Below are positions 35,452 through 45,422 of a stretch of 64,000 bases of DNA, one piece after another. Every line of letters starts with the position of its first letter. Within the stretch, counting starts at the first letter, position 1. The notes beneath the pieces were generated by a model. That model did not search any database. It was not told the DNA's origin and saw only the letters and a list, made by a program, of their open reading frames with translations. Origin of the DNA: an uncultured virus (IMG/VR IMGVR_UViG_3300020183_000017) (Duplodnaviria > Heunggongvirae > Uroviricota > Caudoviricetes); the IMG/VR virus record IMGVR_UViG_3300020183_000017. One strand, 5' to 3'. A program made the position numbers and the translations under genes.

Positions 35452-36882
35452 GTGGCTGCAATTATTACAAATAAATTTCGCATTCACAATGCGCAATCTT
35501 TCAAAGAGGGCTTCAACGAGTCTGCGCCTACAAATATTTATCTAGGTATTGGTAGACCACAAGCATGGGTTAATGATAACATTCCAGACACACCATACGA
35601 CACAGTTGGTGATGAGTTTTATGCCTGGGACGATATGCTTGCTTTAAAGAGAATTCAATCAACAGATGTTTCATTATCAATCGTCCGTAGAAACTGGACT
35701 TCTGGTAAATTTTATGACATTTATCGTCATGATTATAGTGGAAGTGTTCCTGGTGTTAACATTGACTCTGGAGCACCTTCGTTACCAGCATCTTTATATG
35801 ATGCAAACTTTTATGTAGTTACTGATGAATATAACGTATATAAATGTATCAAGAATACAAGTAATGGTTCAGTTGTTGCTTCTACATTTAAACCAACAGG
35901 CACAGAAACAACTAAGATCACAACTCCAGACGGATACGTTTGGAAATATATGTACACTATTGCTCCAGCTGATGTTCTTAAATTCGTTTCTACAGATTTC
36001 GTTCCAGTTAAAACTTTAGGAATAAACCCAGGATCTACTGATTCATACTATAAACAGTATCTAGTTGAACAAGCAGCTGTAGATGGTGCGATTGAGCATA
36101 TTAAGGTTGATACATTTGGCTCAAACTATGTTGGTATCCCAGTAGTTTCAATTGTTGGGGATGGTATAGGCGCAACAGCAACAGCAGTTGTTGACGGTTC
36201 TACTAATAGTATCAGACAAATTACTATTAACACTCCAGGTTCTGGATATACATGGGCTCGTGTAACTATTGGCGCTCCAACAACAGGCACTGATAATGCT
36301 ACTGCTAGTGCTATTATTTCACCAAAGGGTGGTCATGGTTTTGACGCAGTTGAAGAACTTGGTGGTTTCTATGTAATGATGAACGTCCGTCTAGAATATG
36401 ATGATGGTGCTGGAGATTTCCCTGTTGACAATGACTATCGTCGTATTAGCTTAGTTCGTGATCCAACCAACTTTGGTACAGGTAACGTAGCAACACAAGC
36501 TACTTTAATTTCGAACAGAATTATTTCGTATTCTGCTGTTAGTGGAACATTTGCGATTGATGAAGAAGTTAAGGGTCAAACAAGTGGCGCAAGAGGAAGA
36601 ATCGTTTCTCTAAACACTGGTTCAACACCTAAAACTCTGCGCTATATTCAAACTAAAACAGATGGAACAACTCTTGGTGTTCCTGATCCAACAACTGGTA
36701 GATTATTCCAAGCTGGAGAAACTATTGTAGGCGCAACAACTACTGCACAGGGAACTATTCTTTCTATTGCAGATCCAGATGTTAACTCAGACAGCGGTGA
36801 TATTATCTATGTCGAAAATCGTCGCCCAATTAATCGCGCAGGTGATCAAATTGAAGATATTAAAATCATCGTTGAAATGTAA
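35452..36882 (+). CDS. 8: baseplate wedge gp8
   Basis: AIITNKFRI, VYKC, DGYVWKYMYT, GGHG and SGDIIYVENR motifs; GTG start with GGAG. Confidence 0.9.
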   Translation: MAAIITNKFRIHNAQSFKEGFNESAPTNIYLGIGRPQAWVNDNIPDTPYDTVGDEFYAWDDMLALKRIQSTDVSLSIVRRNWTSGKFYDIYRHDYSGSVPGVNIDSGAPSLPASLYDANFYVVTDEYNVYKCIKNTSNGSVVASTFKPTGTETTKITTPDGYVWKYMYTIAPADVLKFVSTDFVPVKTLGINPGSTDSYYKQYLVEQAAVDGAIEHIKVDTFGSNYVGIPVVSIVGDGIGATATAVVDGSTNSIRQITINTPGSGYTWARVTIGAPTTGTDNATASAIISPKGGHGFDAVEELGGFYVMMNVRLEYDDGAGDFPVDNDYRRISLVRDPTNFGTGNVATQATLISNRIISYSAVSGTFAIDEEVKGQTSGARGRIVSLNTGSTPKTLRYIQTKTDGTTLGVPDPTTGRLFQAGETIVGATTTAQGTILSIADPDVNSDSGDIIYVENRRPINRAGDQIEDIKIIVEM

Positions 36883-36928
36883 AATAAATAAAAGAATAGA
36901 GTATAATTTCTTTTAGAAGAGAGACAGA

Positions 36929-39900
36929 ATGGCTATTAACTTTAATGTTGCACCATATTATGATGATTACAGCGATGATGATAATTATCTAAGAGTTCTT
37001 TTTAGACCTGGATATGCAGTTCAGGCTAGAGAACTTACACAACTTCAGACTATTCTACAAAGACAAATCACCAGATTTGGTGATCATATGTTTAAGAATG
37101 GATCTCAAGTTATCCCAGGTAGTGTTAACCACGACTCGCTGATTCATTTTGCAAAACTAGAGAACCTTTATATTAACCAGACTGTATCATCATACATTCT
37201 GCAGTTTAGAAATAAAATTATTACTGGTTTGACTTCTGGTGTTAAAGCTCTTGTTATTGATACATCTAATTGTGATTGTATTGATCCAACTGAGCGTGAC
37301 ATTCCTACTTTCTATTACAAAATTGAACAGACTGGAACAGACGAAGTAACTAAGCGTTTTGTTCCAGGCGAAACTATAGTTGCATATGCTGCTGACAATA
37401 CTATTGAAAAAAACTATCGCCTAACAGAAAATCAACAAGCGGATATCTATGTTAATATCCGCTCTTTTGGTGATGGCGGATCTAATGCAACAACCTATAC
37501 TAATAATTCACAAACCGACGTTCTTGGTTATGGATTTGCTGTTGAAGTTAAAGAAGGTATCTATTACATTGATGGTTTCTTTGTTAGAAACCCAGAGATG
37601 CACCTTTATGTTGGTCGTTTTACACAGAACCCATCATTCAGAGTTGGGTTTAAAATTGTTGAATCTGTCGTAACTCCAGAAGAAGAACCACTACTTGCAG
37701 ATAATGCTCAAGGAACAACGAACTTTGCTGCTCCAGGCGCTCATCGTTACAGAGTTGAACTAAACCTAGTAAAACTTCCTTTAGATTCTACAGACGAAAT
37801 TAAATTTATTGAACTTCTACGTGTTAAGAATGGTAGGGTTCAAAACATTATTACTAAGTCTTCATATGCTGAATTAGAAAAAACATTAGCAAGAAGAACA
37901 TATGACGAATCTGGTAACTATGAAGTTAAAAAGTTTAAGTTAGCATCCAGAGAACACTTAAACAAAAATGGAACTGGTGTATATCCTCCTCTTCCACAGT
38001 TCGGAGACGCTATTCAAGGTCAAACTTACGGCGATGATGATAAGTTTGTAATTAGCGTTGATCCAGGAAAAGCGTATATTCAAGGATTTGAGATTGAGGC
38101 AACTTCTACACAATATGTAGATTTTAGAAAAGCAAGAGAGAACACTCTTACTGGCGATGAGGGTGGTCATATTGTAAGAGAAGATGATTATCCAATTCAA
38201 ACCCCAGTTGGAAACTACATTTTAATAAACAATGTTCATTCGTTCCCAGAGTTAACTACATTCCCAATTATTAATCTATATTCAGTTAGTAGAACACCAC
38301 CAAATGGATCTACTCTTACTGATGGTGTTCCACCTTCAACTTCTTTTAAAGTTGGTACTGCTAGAGTTAATGCTTTTCAGTTACATTCTGGTGATTACAC
38401 TGGCGCTGATGCGACTCAATATAAACTTGGTTTATTCGAAATTAAGATGGATGTTAATCCATCAACATTCGCAAATTATAATTTTGAGAAAGACGTTAAA
38501 TCTTTATCTCTAGCAACTGGAAGTTCTGGAATATTTACTGCTGATATTGTAGAGACTCAGTTAGTAATAGTTGGATCAGCAAGCGTTGCAAATAATGCAA
38601 CATCTGTTACTGGTGTTGGTTCAGTATTTACTGAACAAGTCGCTGTTGGTGATGTTCTATACATTGACGGAACACAAGTTGGTGTAGTTTCGACAGTTGA
38701 AAGCAACACATCAATAACATTAGCAAGCTCTGTTGGGGCTTCTGGCGCTAAGAGTGGTGTAGTTGGTGTGGCGAGATCAATAATAAGAGAGCCAAATTAT
38801 AATTATCTAGTTTATAGATCTGCATTCGACACAATTAAAACACTAAGAGGTCAAGATTCTTCTGGTAACGACACAATTAAATCTAGTCAACACACAGTAA
38901 GAAGAATAATCTCAGCAACCGCAGCGCAAGAAGGCGCAAATATTGTTTGGGCATTTACTCTTGCATCTCCTACTGAATTTTTCCAGTCTACACAAGATCT
39001 AGAGAACTACACATTAATTGATACAAACACAAAAGCGATTGTTCCAATAACGTCTTCGAACTTAACACTTGATGGTTCGCAGAAATTATTAACAATCAGT
39101 AATGTATCACCTGCTCTTACAGCAGGTAGAGAATATAAACTTGTTACTAGCATTCTACAAACTGGTGCGACTGCTGGCGAAAAAACAAAAACATTAATAA
39201 CAAATCACAGTCAAATTATTACTGGAAGAAAGAACGTAAGCGAACTTTCTTTCACATTAACTCATGCTGATGTTTTACGCATTAAAGATATTAAAGTTAA
39301 TCCAGGAAATTATGACACTTATGTTGAGACTAACTCTGTAAGTGTTCTTGACAAATATGTATTTGATGATGGTCAAAGACCAACACATTATCAGCAAGCT
39401 GTTCTTACCTTAAAGCCAAGCACAGCACCGCCAGCTGGCGCAGTAAAAATTATATACGATTACTTTAACCATACTGGTACGGGCAATTATTTCTCAGTTG
39501 ATTCTTACTCAGCCTCAATCGCTAATACAGATAATAATTTTGGATATGAAGATATTCCTTCTTTCCCAGTTAAGAAGTCAAACGGTGTAACTGAGACTGT
39601 TTTCTTACATGATGTAATTGATTATCGTCCAGTAATTTCTGGAGCTAATGGATTTACACCAGAGCTTCCTAAGATTGGTGAGGGATTCAACACAAGTATT
39701 GCGTATTATTTACCAAGATGGGATAAACTTGTTTTAGATTCAATTGGTCGTTTTAATGTTATTGTTGGTACACCAGCTAGAGATCCAGTAGAACCAAGAG
39801 ACCCTGTTGAGGGTATGGTTCTTGCTTCTGTTTACGTGCCAGCATATACAAAAACAGCTAATGATGTTCGCGTATTCCAGAGAGACAATCGTCGTTATAC

Positions 39901-42900
39901 GATGAAAGATATTGCTGCTCTAGAAAGAAGAATTCAAAATCTAGAATATTATGTTTCGCTAACTCTATTAGAAACAGAAACAGAAGCATTCCCAATTAAA
40001 GACAATGTTACTGGTCTTGATAGGTTTAAGAATGGTTTTATTGTTGATCAGTTTACTGGTCATGGTATTGGTGATGTAGTTAATGTTGACTACAGAATTG
40101 CTGTAGATTCAAAAAAACAAGAACTTCGCCCTATGCACTTTACTGATGCTGTGGATATTGTTGAAGACATTATTTCATCAGACCAAAGATTTGCATCTTC
40201 ATATAGAAAAGAAGGCGATATTATAACTCTTCCATATGATGAAGTATTATCAATCTTTAACCCATATGGAACAAGAACTATTGACGTAAACCCATATAAG
40301 ATTGGTGCGTTTAAAGGTGAAGTATTATTAACTCCAGAAGGCGACAACTGGAAAGATACAGATCGCAGACCAGACCTTTTAGTTCAAGATGATAATAACT
40401 TTGATGCTATTCGCTTTATGGCTGAACAGCTTGGTGTAACAGGAACACAGTGGAATGCATGGGTGACTCAATGGACAGGTAGCACAACCGATGCTGGTCC
40501 AGCTTTCTGGCAAGGAAATACGCAACTTCAAAACTTAACAACTGTTGATACTGGAGTTCAGTCAAGAGACGGTATCCAAACTTCTCTAACAAGCACAATT
40601 AACCAGCAAGATTATGGCGACAGAGTTGTCGATATTTCTTTTGCTGAGTATATGCGTGCAAGACCTATTGTTTTTGTCGCTAAGAACTTAAAACCAAGTT
40701 CAAAATTCTACACATTCTTTGATAACGAAGCAGTTTCTTCTTTCTGTCAACCAGCAGATATCTTTAGAGTAACAAGACTGTCTGGTGCAACATTTATGAT
40801 CTTTGACACTGAAGAAACAAGAAATAGAGTTGTTGCTACTGACGTAATAAGAACATATGAAGGTCAGGCTGAACCTGCTTTCCAAGTTGGTGATGTTCTT
40901 ACTAATGATGAACACACTCCAGTAGTCATTCAAACCATTAGTCATATTACTGATCAAGAAGGAGCAACTCAGTTTACATTGACTGTTAATAATATAACTG
41001 GACTAAGAGTTGGCCACCATGTTTCTTTATATAACTTGGCTCCTGGTAGAGTTTTAAATTTAACAAGAACTGTTACTGAGAAAATAAATGATCAGACTAC
41101 TATTAGAACATATAACGTAGGAACTTCTAGTGAAATTAACAACAGAATTTTTAAAATTGCTGCGATAAGTGGCACTACTATTACCTTAACAAATTTAGAC
41201 GGATCTAGAATTAGAGCATTTAGTTCTTACGATAGATCGAGCGCATATGCTGGTGCTGATGGTGGTTATCTAAGAAGATTACAAGCTACTGGTGTAGTAA
41301 TTTATGCTGGTATAATTACAGCTAGCGATGCAAACGGTCCAGTTACACAAGATATTCATATTTCTAACATTAGAAACGGATTTTCTATTGGAGAAAATCT
41401 AACTGGAACTTTAGTTTTTGATAACTCTGCTAGAAACCAAGTAACACTTACTTCTATTAATGGGTTGTCAACAGTTGGTTCTCTACCTGTTATGAAAGTT
41501 AGAGGCGATGCAGTAAGAACTGACGGGACTGGTGCGACAGCTGGTGTATTTAATCTTCCAAACACAGATACCATTAGATTCAGAACTGGCGAACGTGCAT
41601 TTAGATTAACTGACAATATTTCTAACAGCGATGCTGATTTTGACTCTAAGGGTGAAGCAACCTACTATTCAACAGGTGTTACTCTCTCAAGAGAAAGAAC
41701 CATTGTTAATAGTCGTCAAGCTAACTTTGTACAAGATCGTGTTTTTGAATCTATCCCTGTTCGTCGTGTTACAACTTCGCAGCGTGTGCTACAAGTTATT
41801 CAACCAAGACGTGGTCATGACCCACTAGCGCAGACATTTGTTGTTCAGTCTGTTGGTGGTATGTTTATCACATCAGTGGATCTGTACTTCTCAGAAGCTG
41901 GTAATCGTCCAGTTACAGTTGAACTAAGAACAACTGACAATGGTGTTCCTTCTACTAAGATATTACCATTCTCTGAAACCACAAAGAATCCTTCAGAGAT
42001 TAATGTTTCTGATAACGGAAGCGTCGCTACAAACTTTAAGTTTAGATCTCCAATTTATTTGGTTGACAACGAAAACTATGCTCTAATCGTTAAGACTGAC
42101 GAGCCAGGATGTCAAGTCTTTATATCTGAACTTGGAAAATCAGATATATTGACAGGAAATATTGTTACCAATCAACCACTAACTGGTTCTCTATATCTGT
42201 CACAAAACAGTAAAGAATTTGAAATTAATCCACTGTTCGATATGAAATTCAGAATGTATCAAGCTGAGTTTGATAATAGCACAATCGCTCAAGTTGATCT
42301 AAAAGCATTACCACCTAAGATAATGAATCTTAGAGATAATCCATTTGAGATTACTCCAGGTTCTGACATCATCAGAGTAAGAGCGCCAAGACACGGATTT
42401 GGTGCTGGTGATGTTGTTATGATTGATGGTATACAAGAATATATTACAGATACATTAGAATTAACAAGATATTACGGAACTAAGTCACAGTCGTTTGGTA
42501 TTCCAGCCAATTTATTAAATGGTGGACAAGTTGTTTTAGCTGAAGGTATTGACCAAGATTCTTTCTGCTTTAAATTACAAACTACTGATGATTATATTAA
42601 TCCTCAGACTGGTGAATCTCAACCAAACATATTAATTACTGGAGAAGCTGGAACAGAAACAACTGTTCAGCAGATTTTAGATCAGTTTGTTAAGGGCGAT
42701 TATGGTGGAAGTGGCATTACCTGCTCGAGACAATTAATCGTTGATTATCTGTTCTTAAAGAGCGATAACGTAGTTCCTGTAGATACAGAGTTAAAGTTTG
42801 AGGTTCAGGCAATTGATACTGATGGAACACCAAGTGGATTCCAATCAATAACTGAAAATAGTAATTTTACATTTAACTCAAGAAAGATTATTAGATCTTA

Positions 42901-44623
42901 TGAGAACGAAGCAGTCTTATCTTCTGCTACTGGACTAGTTCGTCCTTCAGTTTCTGTAAGAGCGAAGATAACTTCAAACAATGTTAATGTCTCTCCTGTT
43001 ATTGATTTGCAAAGACTTTCAGTTTTTGCGATTAGAAACTTAATTAACGATCCTGTTGAATCAGAAACTAATGTTATCGGTGTTGATAATAGATCTCTAT
43101 TAAGAGCAAACGATGTAACAGATTCCGACATCGACGCTGAACCAGCAACAGGAACAATCGGAGCATTCCATTACACTAACTTATTTGGCGGCAACCTAAC
43201 ATTGGGACCTGCGACATCAACCACCAGCTCAAGAACCTATACTGCACCAGGAACAACATATCGTTGGGACGGAACAGGAACAGCGCAAACTTCAGCGCCA
43301 TGGAAACGTCTAAGAGTTAGTGATGAGATTTATACAACTGCTCCAACTCCAGTTCTAATTGGTACTGTTACTGCAGTCACTGCTAGCGATTTAACAATTA
43401 ATACAATAACTCCAGCAACTATATCTGGGGATCAATTCCTAGTTAGAAGTAAGTATGTTTTTGGTATCGGAACATCGTTTACTACGGAAACTCCTGTTGG
43501 AACATTATTATATAATACTCAGAATCAGTTGATTGGTAAAGTTGCTCAAGTAACAGGAACAGATAACGGATATACGCTCGGTAATACATTGGTTGAGTTA
43601 GAATCTCTAGCGGGAGCATCAACAGTTGCAGTTTCTACTGATCCAGCAACCAGCTTTACTATCGGAACACCTGAAGCGAAACTATCCTTTTCTAACTCTG
43701 GTGGTTATGGTATTATAACAACTAATATTGATACTGCAGATAATCTGTTGGCTCTTGCGAAGCAGGGTAAGTATATTTACCTTTCTAATATGATTTCAGG
43801 AATTAATGGAAAATATCTTGTTTATACTGTAGTAACTTCTACTGATACAACAGTAAACATTGGTAATGCTGAAGATGATATTGTTACTCTAACGGTTTCG
43901 CCAGCATTTACTTTCCCACAAGGAGTTACTTCTTGCACTATTGATATGGTAAATGATTATCTGTACTTTAAGGGTGCTGGATATATTACTAACACAAGTA
44001 GCGCAAGCACTACTGTTACTGGTTCGGGAACAGCTTTCTTGAATCAAGTATCAGCTGGTGATGTGATTACTACACAAAGTTTTGGTGGTAATGCTTTTAC
44101 TGGTGGAGTGACTGGAACAATTATTGGAACTGTAGCAAATTTAAACAGCGAAACTTCTTTAGTGTTGGCTACTAATCCTTCTTTCTCTATTAGTGGTGTT
44201 TCAACTGAGTATTATATCAGAAAAAATGCACCTAACTGGAGAATTGATCAATTAGAAAAATTTGTTGAAGACTGGGCTCCTACAGGAACTTCTAACTATG
44301 CAAATTATATTACACGTCCTCTGGTTCTTTCAAATCCAGCTGACTCGTTAAAGATTCTGTTTGATAGTAATATTCCACAATTTACTAATCTCAAAGTTTA
44401 TTATAAGGCATGGACATCAGGAACTGATCCAAATACCCTAAATTACATTGATACAGGATTTACTACAGCTTCTAACGATGCGCTAGATGTTTTCTCTGAA
44501 CAAACAATTGACGTTCAAGATATAACACCGTTCACAAGCGCAATTATTAAAATCATTATGAAGTCTTCAGATCCAAGTAAAGTGCCTCGAGTTAAAAAAT
44601 TAAGATTAATCGCACACTCATAA
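36929..44623 (+). CDS. large virion structural protein (VrlC-like)
   Basis: FNVAPYYDDY, LFRPGYAVQARELTQLQ, APGAHR, ARRTYDESG, RFKNGFIVD and DPLAQTF motifs. Confidence 0.85.
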   Translation: MAINFNVAPYYDDYSDDDNYLRVLFRPGYAVQARELTQLQTILQRQITRFGDHMFKNGSQVIPGSVNHDSLIHFAKLENLYINQTVSSYILQFRNKIITGLTSGVKALVIDTSNCDCIDPTERDIPTFYYKIEQTGTDEVTKRFVPGETIVAYAADNTIEKNYRLTENQQADIYVNIRSFGDGGSNATTYTNNSQTDVLGYGFAVEVKEGIYYIDGFFVRNPEMHLYVGRFTQNPSFRVGFKIVESVVTPEEEPLLADNAQGTTNFAAPGAHRYRVELNLVKLPLDSTDEIKFIELLRVKNGRVQNIITKSSYAELEKTLARRTYDESGNYEVKKFKLASREHLNKNGTGVYPPLPQFGDAIQGQTYGDDDKFVISVDPGKAYIQGFEIEATSTQYVDFRKARENTLTGDEGGHIVREDDYPIQTPVGNYILINNVHSFPELTTFPIINLYSVSRTPPNGSTLTDGVPPSTSFKVGTARVNAFQLHSGDYTGADATQYKLGLFEIKMDVNPSTFANYNFEKDVKSLSLATGSSGIFTADIVETQLVIVGSASVANNATSVTGVGSVFTEQVAVGDVLYIDGTQVGVVSTVESNTSITLASSVGASGAKSGVVGVARSIIREPNYNYLVYRSAFDTIKTLRGQDSSGNDTIKSSQHTVRRIISATAAQEGANIVWAFTLASPTEFFQSTQDLENYTLIDTNTKAIVPITSSNLTLDGSQKLLTISNVSPALTAGREYKLVTSILQTGATAGEKTKTLITNHSQIITGRKNVSELSFTLTHADVLRIKDIKVNPGNYDTYVETNSVSVLDKYVFDDGQRPTHYQQAVLTLKPSTAPPAGAVKIIYDYFNHTGTGNYFSVDSYSASIANTDNNFGYEDIPSFPVKKSNGVTETVFLHDVIDYRPVISGANGFTPELPKIGEGFNTSIAYYLPRWDKLVLDSIGRFNVIVGTPARDPVEPRDPVEGMVLASVYVPAYTKTANDVRVFQRDNRRYTMKDIAALERRIQNLEYYVSLTLLETETEAFPIKDNVTGLDRFKNGFIVDQFTGHGIGDVVNVDYRIAVDSKKQELRPMHFTDAVDIVEDIISSDQRFASSYRKEGDIITLPYDEVLSIFNPYGTRTIDVNPYKIGAFKGEVLLTPEGDNWKDTDRRPDLLVQDDNNFDAIRFMAEQLGVTGTQWNAWVTQWTGSTTDAGPAFWQGNTQLQNLTTVDTGVQSRDGIQTSLTSTINQQDYGDRVVDISFAEYMRARPIVFVAKNLKPSSKFYTFFDNEAVSSFCQPADIFRVTRLSGATFMIFDTEETRNRVVATDVIRTYEGQAEPAFQVGDVLTNDEHTPVVIQTISHITDQEGATQFTLTVNNITGLRVGHHVSLYNLAPGRVLNLTRTVTEKINDQTTIRTYNVGTSSEINNRIFKIAAISGTTITLTNLDGSRIRAFSSYDRSSAYAGADGGYLRRLQATGVVIYAGIITASDANGPVTQDIHISNIRNGFSIGENLTGTLVFDNSARNQVTLTSINGLSTVGSLPVMKVRGDAVRTDGTGATAGVFNLPNTDTIRFRTGERAFRLTDNISNSDADFDSKGEATYYSTGVTLSRERTIVNSRQANFVQDRVFESIPVRRVTTSQRVLQVIQPRRGHDPLAQTFVVQSVGGMFITSVDLYFSEAGNRPVTVELRTTDNGVPSTKILPFSETTKNPSEINVSDNGSVATNFKFRSPIYLVDNENYALIVKTDEPGCQVFISELGKSDILTGNIVTNQPLTGSLYLSQNSKEFEINPLFDMKFRMYQAEFDNSTIAQVDLKALPPKIMNLRDNPFEITPGSDIIRVRAPRHGFGAGDVVMIDGIQEYITDTLELTRYYGTKSQSFGIPANLLNGGQVVLAEGIDQDSFCFKLQTTDDYINPQTGESQPNILITGEAGTETTVQQILDQFVKGDYGGSGITCSRQLIVDYLFLKSDNVVPVDTELKFEVQAIDTDGTPSGFQSITENSNFTFNSRKIIRSYENEAVLSSATGLVRPSVSVRAKITSNNVNVSPVIDLQRLSVFAIRNLINDPVESETNVIGVDNRSLLRANDVTDSDIDAEPATGTIGAFHYTNLFGGNLTLGPATSTTSSRTYTAPGTTYRWDGTGTAQTSAPWKRLRVSDEIYTTAPTPVLIGTVTAVTASDLTINTITPATISGDQFLVRSKYVFGIGTSFTTETPVGTLLYNTQNQLIGKVAQVTGTDNGYTLGNTLVELESLAGASTVAVSTDPATSFTIGTPEAKLSFSNSGGYGIITTNIDTADNLLALAKQGKYIYLSNMISGINGKYLVYTVVTSTDTTVNIGNAEDDIVTLTVSPAFTFPQGVTSCTIDMVNDYLYFKGAGYITNTSSASTTVTGSGTAFLNQVSAGDVITTQSFGGNAFTGGVTGTIIGTVANLNSETSLVLATNPSFSISGVSTEYYIRKNAPNWRIDQLEKFVEDWAPTGTSNYANYITRPLVLSNPADSLKILFDSNIPQFTNLKVYYKAWTSGTDPNTLNYIDTGFTTASNDALDVFSEQTIDVQDITPFTSAIIKIIMKSSDPSKVPRVKKLRLIAHS

Positions 44624-44874
44624 TGGAAAAAATTGCTAAAATTGATAAGAGACCTGACCTAGTAAAAGATCTAAGAACTGGGTCAGTGATCAATGTTGAC
44701 ACAAAGAGATATCTAGAACATAAGAGAATTATGACTATATCCAGAAAGAATGTGGTTGAGAAAGCTGCAATGTCTGAATCAATTGGCACTTTAAATTGTG
44801 AAATAAATAATATGAAGAACGACATTGACAACATTAAACAAATGTTACAAATTCTAATAGACAGGAAAGAATAA
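44623..44874 (+). CDS. small coiled-coil protein
   Basis: LVKD..TG.VIN followed by a heptad C-terminus; TAATG overlap. Confidence 0.75.
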   Translation: MEKIAKIDKRPDLVKDLRTGSVINVDTKRYLEHKRIMTISRKNVVEKAAMSESIGTLNCEINNMKNDIDNIKQMLQILIDRKE

Positions 44875-45092
44875 TGGCTCTACCATATCAGTCAACTCCA
44901 ATCCCCACCGTACCGCAAACTGATAACTTCGATCAGTGGCGTATTAAAACAAACGAAACGATTGATAGGACTAATAATCAAGAAGTCAAAATTGGCGATC
45001 TAAATGCGCTACTTGACCCACAAACAAACTTGGTAGCTGCTGTTAATTCTGGTCGTCAGTTTTCAATCGCAATCACCATTGCTCTAGGATAA
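44874..45092 (+). CDS. small structural protein
   Basis: TDNFDQWRIKTN motif and C-terminal IAITIALG. Confidence 0.7.
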   Translation: MALPYQSTPIPTVPQTDNFDQWRIKTNETIDRTNNQEVKIGDLNALLDPQTNLVAAVNSGRQFSIAITIALG

Positions 45093-45098
45093 TAAAAC

Positions 45099-45422
45099 AT
45101 GGCAAACGTATTTAAAAATCAATTAAGAAGAAATGTAGGGTCAAGCGCTGAAACTCTTTATACAGTTCCTACTGGTTTAAAGTCAATTATCATTGAGCTA
45201 GATGTTTGCAACACAACTAACGGATCAGTGACTACTGATGTTTACATCACAAAATCTGCTTTAGATTATTATGTGGTAAAGGGTGCTCCAGTTCCAGTTG
45301 GTTCAGCTCTTCAAGTTATTTCAGGTCAGAAGATCGTACTTGAAGCTGGAGATACTCTTAAAATTAAATCTAGTATAGCAGCATCACTTGATGCAATCGT
45401 TTCAATCCTAGAGGATGTATAA
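45099..45422 (+). CDS. small beta-rich structural protein
   Basis: MANVFKN...LYTVP...KIVLEAGD. Confidence 0.75.
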   Translation: MANVFKNQLRRNVGSSAETLYTVPTGLKSIIIELDVCNTTNGSVTTDVYITKSALDYYVVKGAPVPVGSALQVISGQKIVLEAGDTLKIKSSIAASLDAIVSILEDV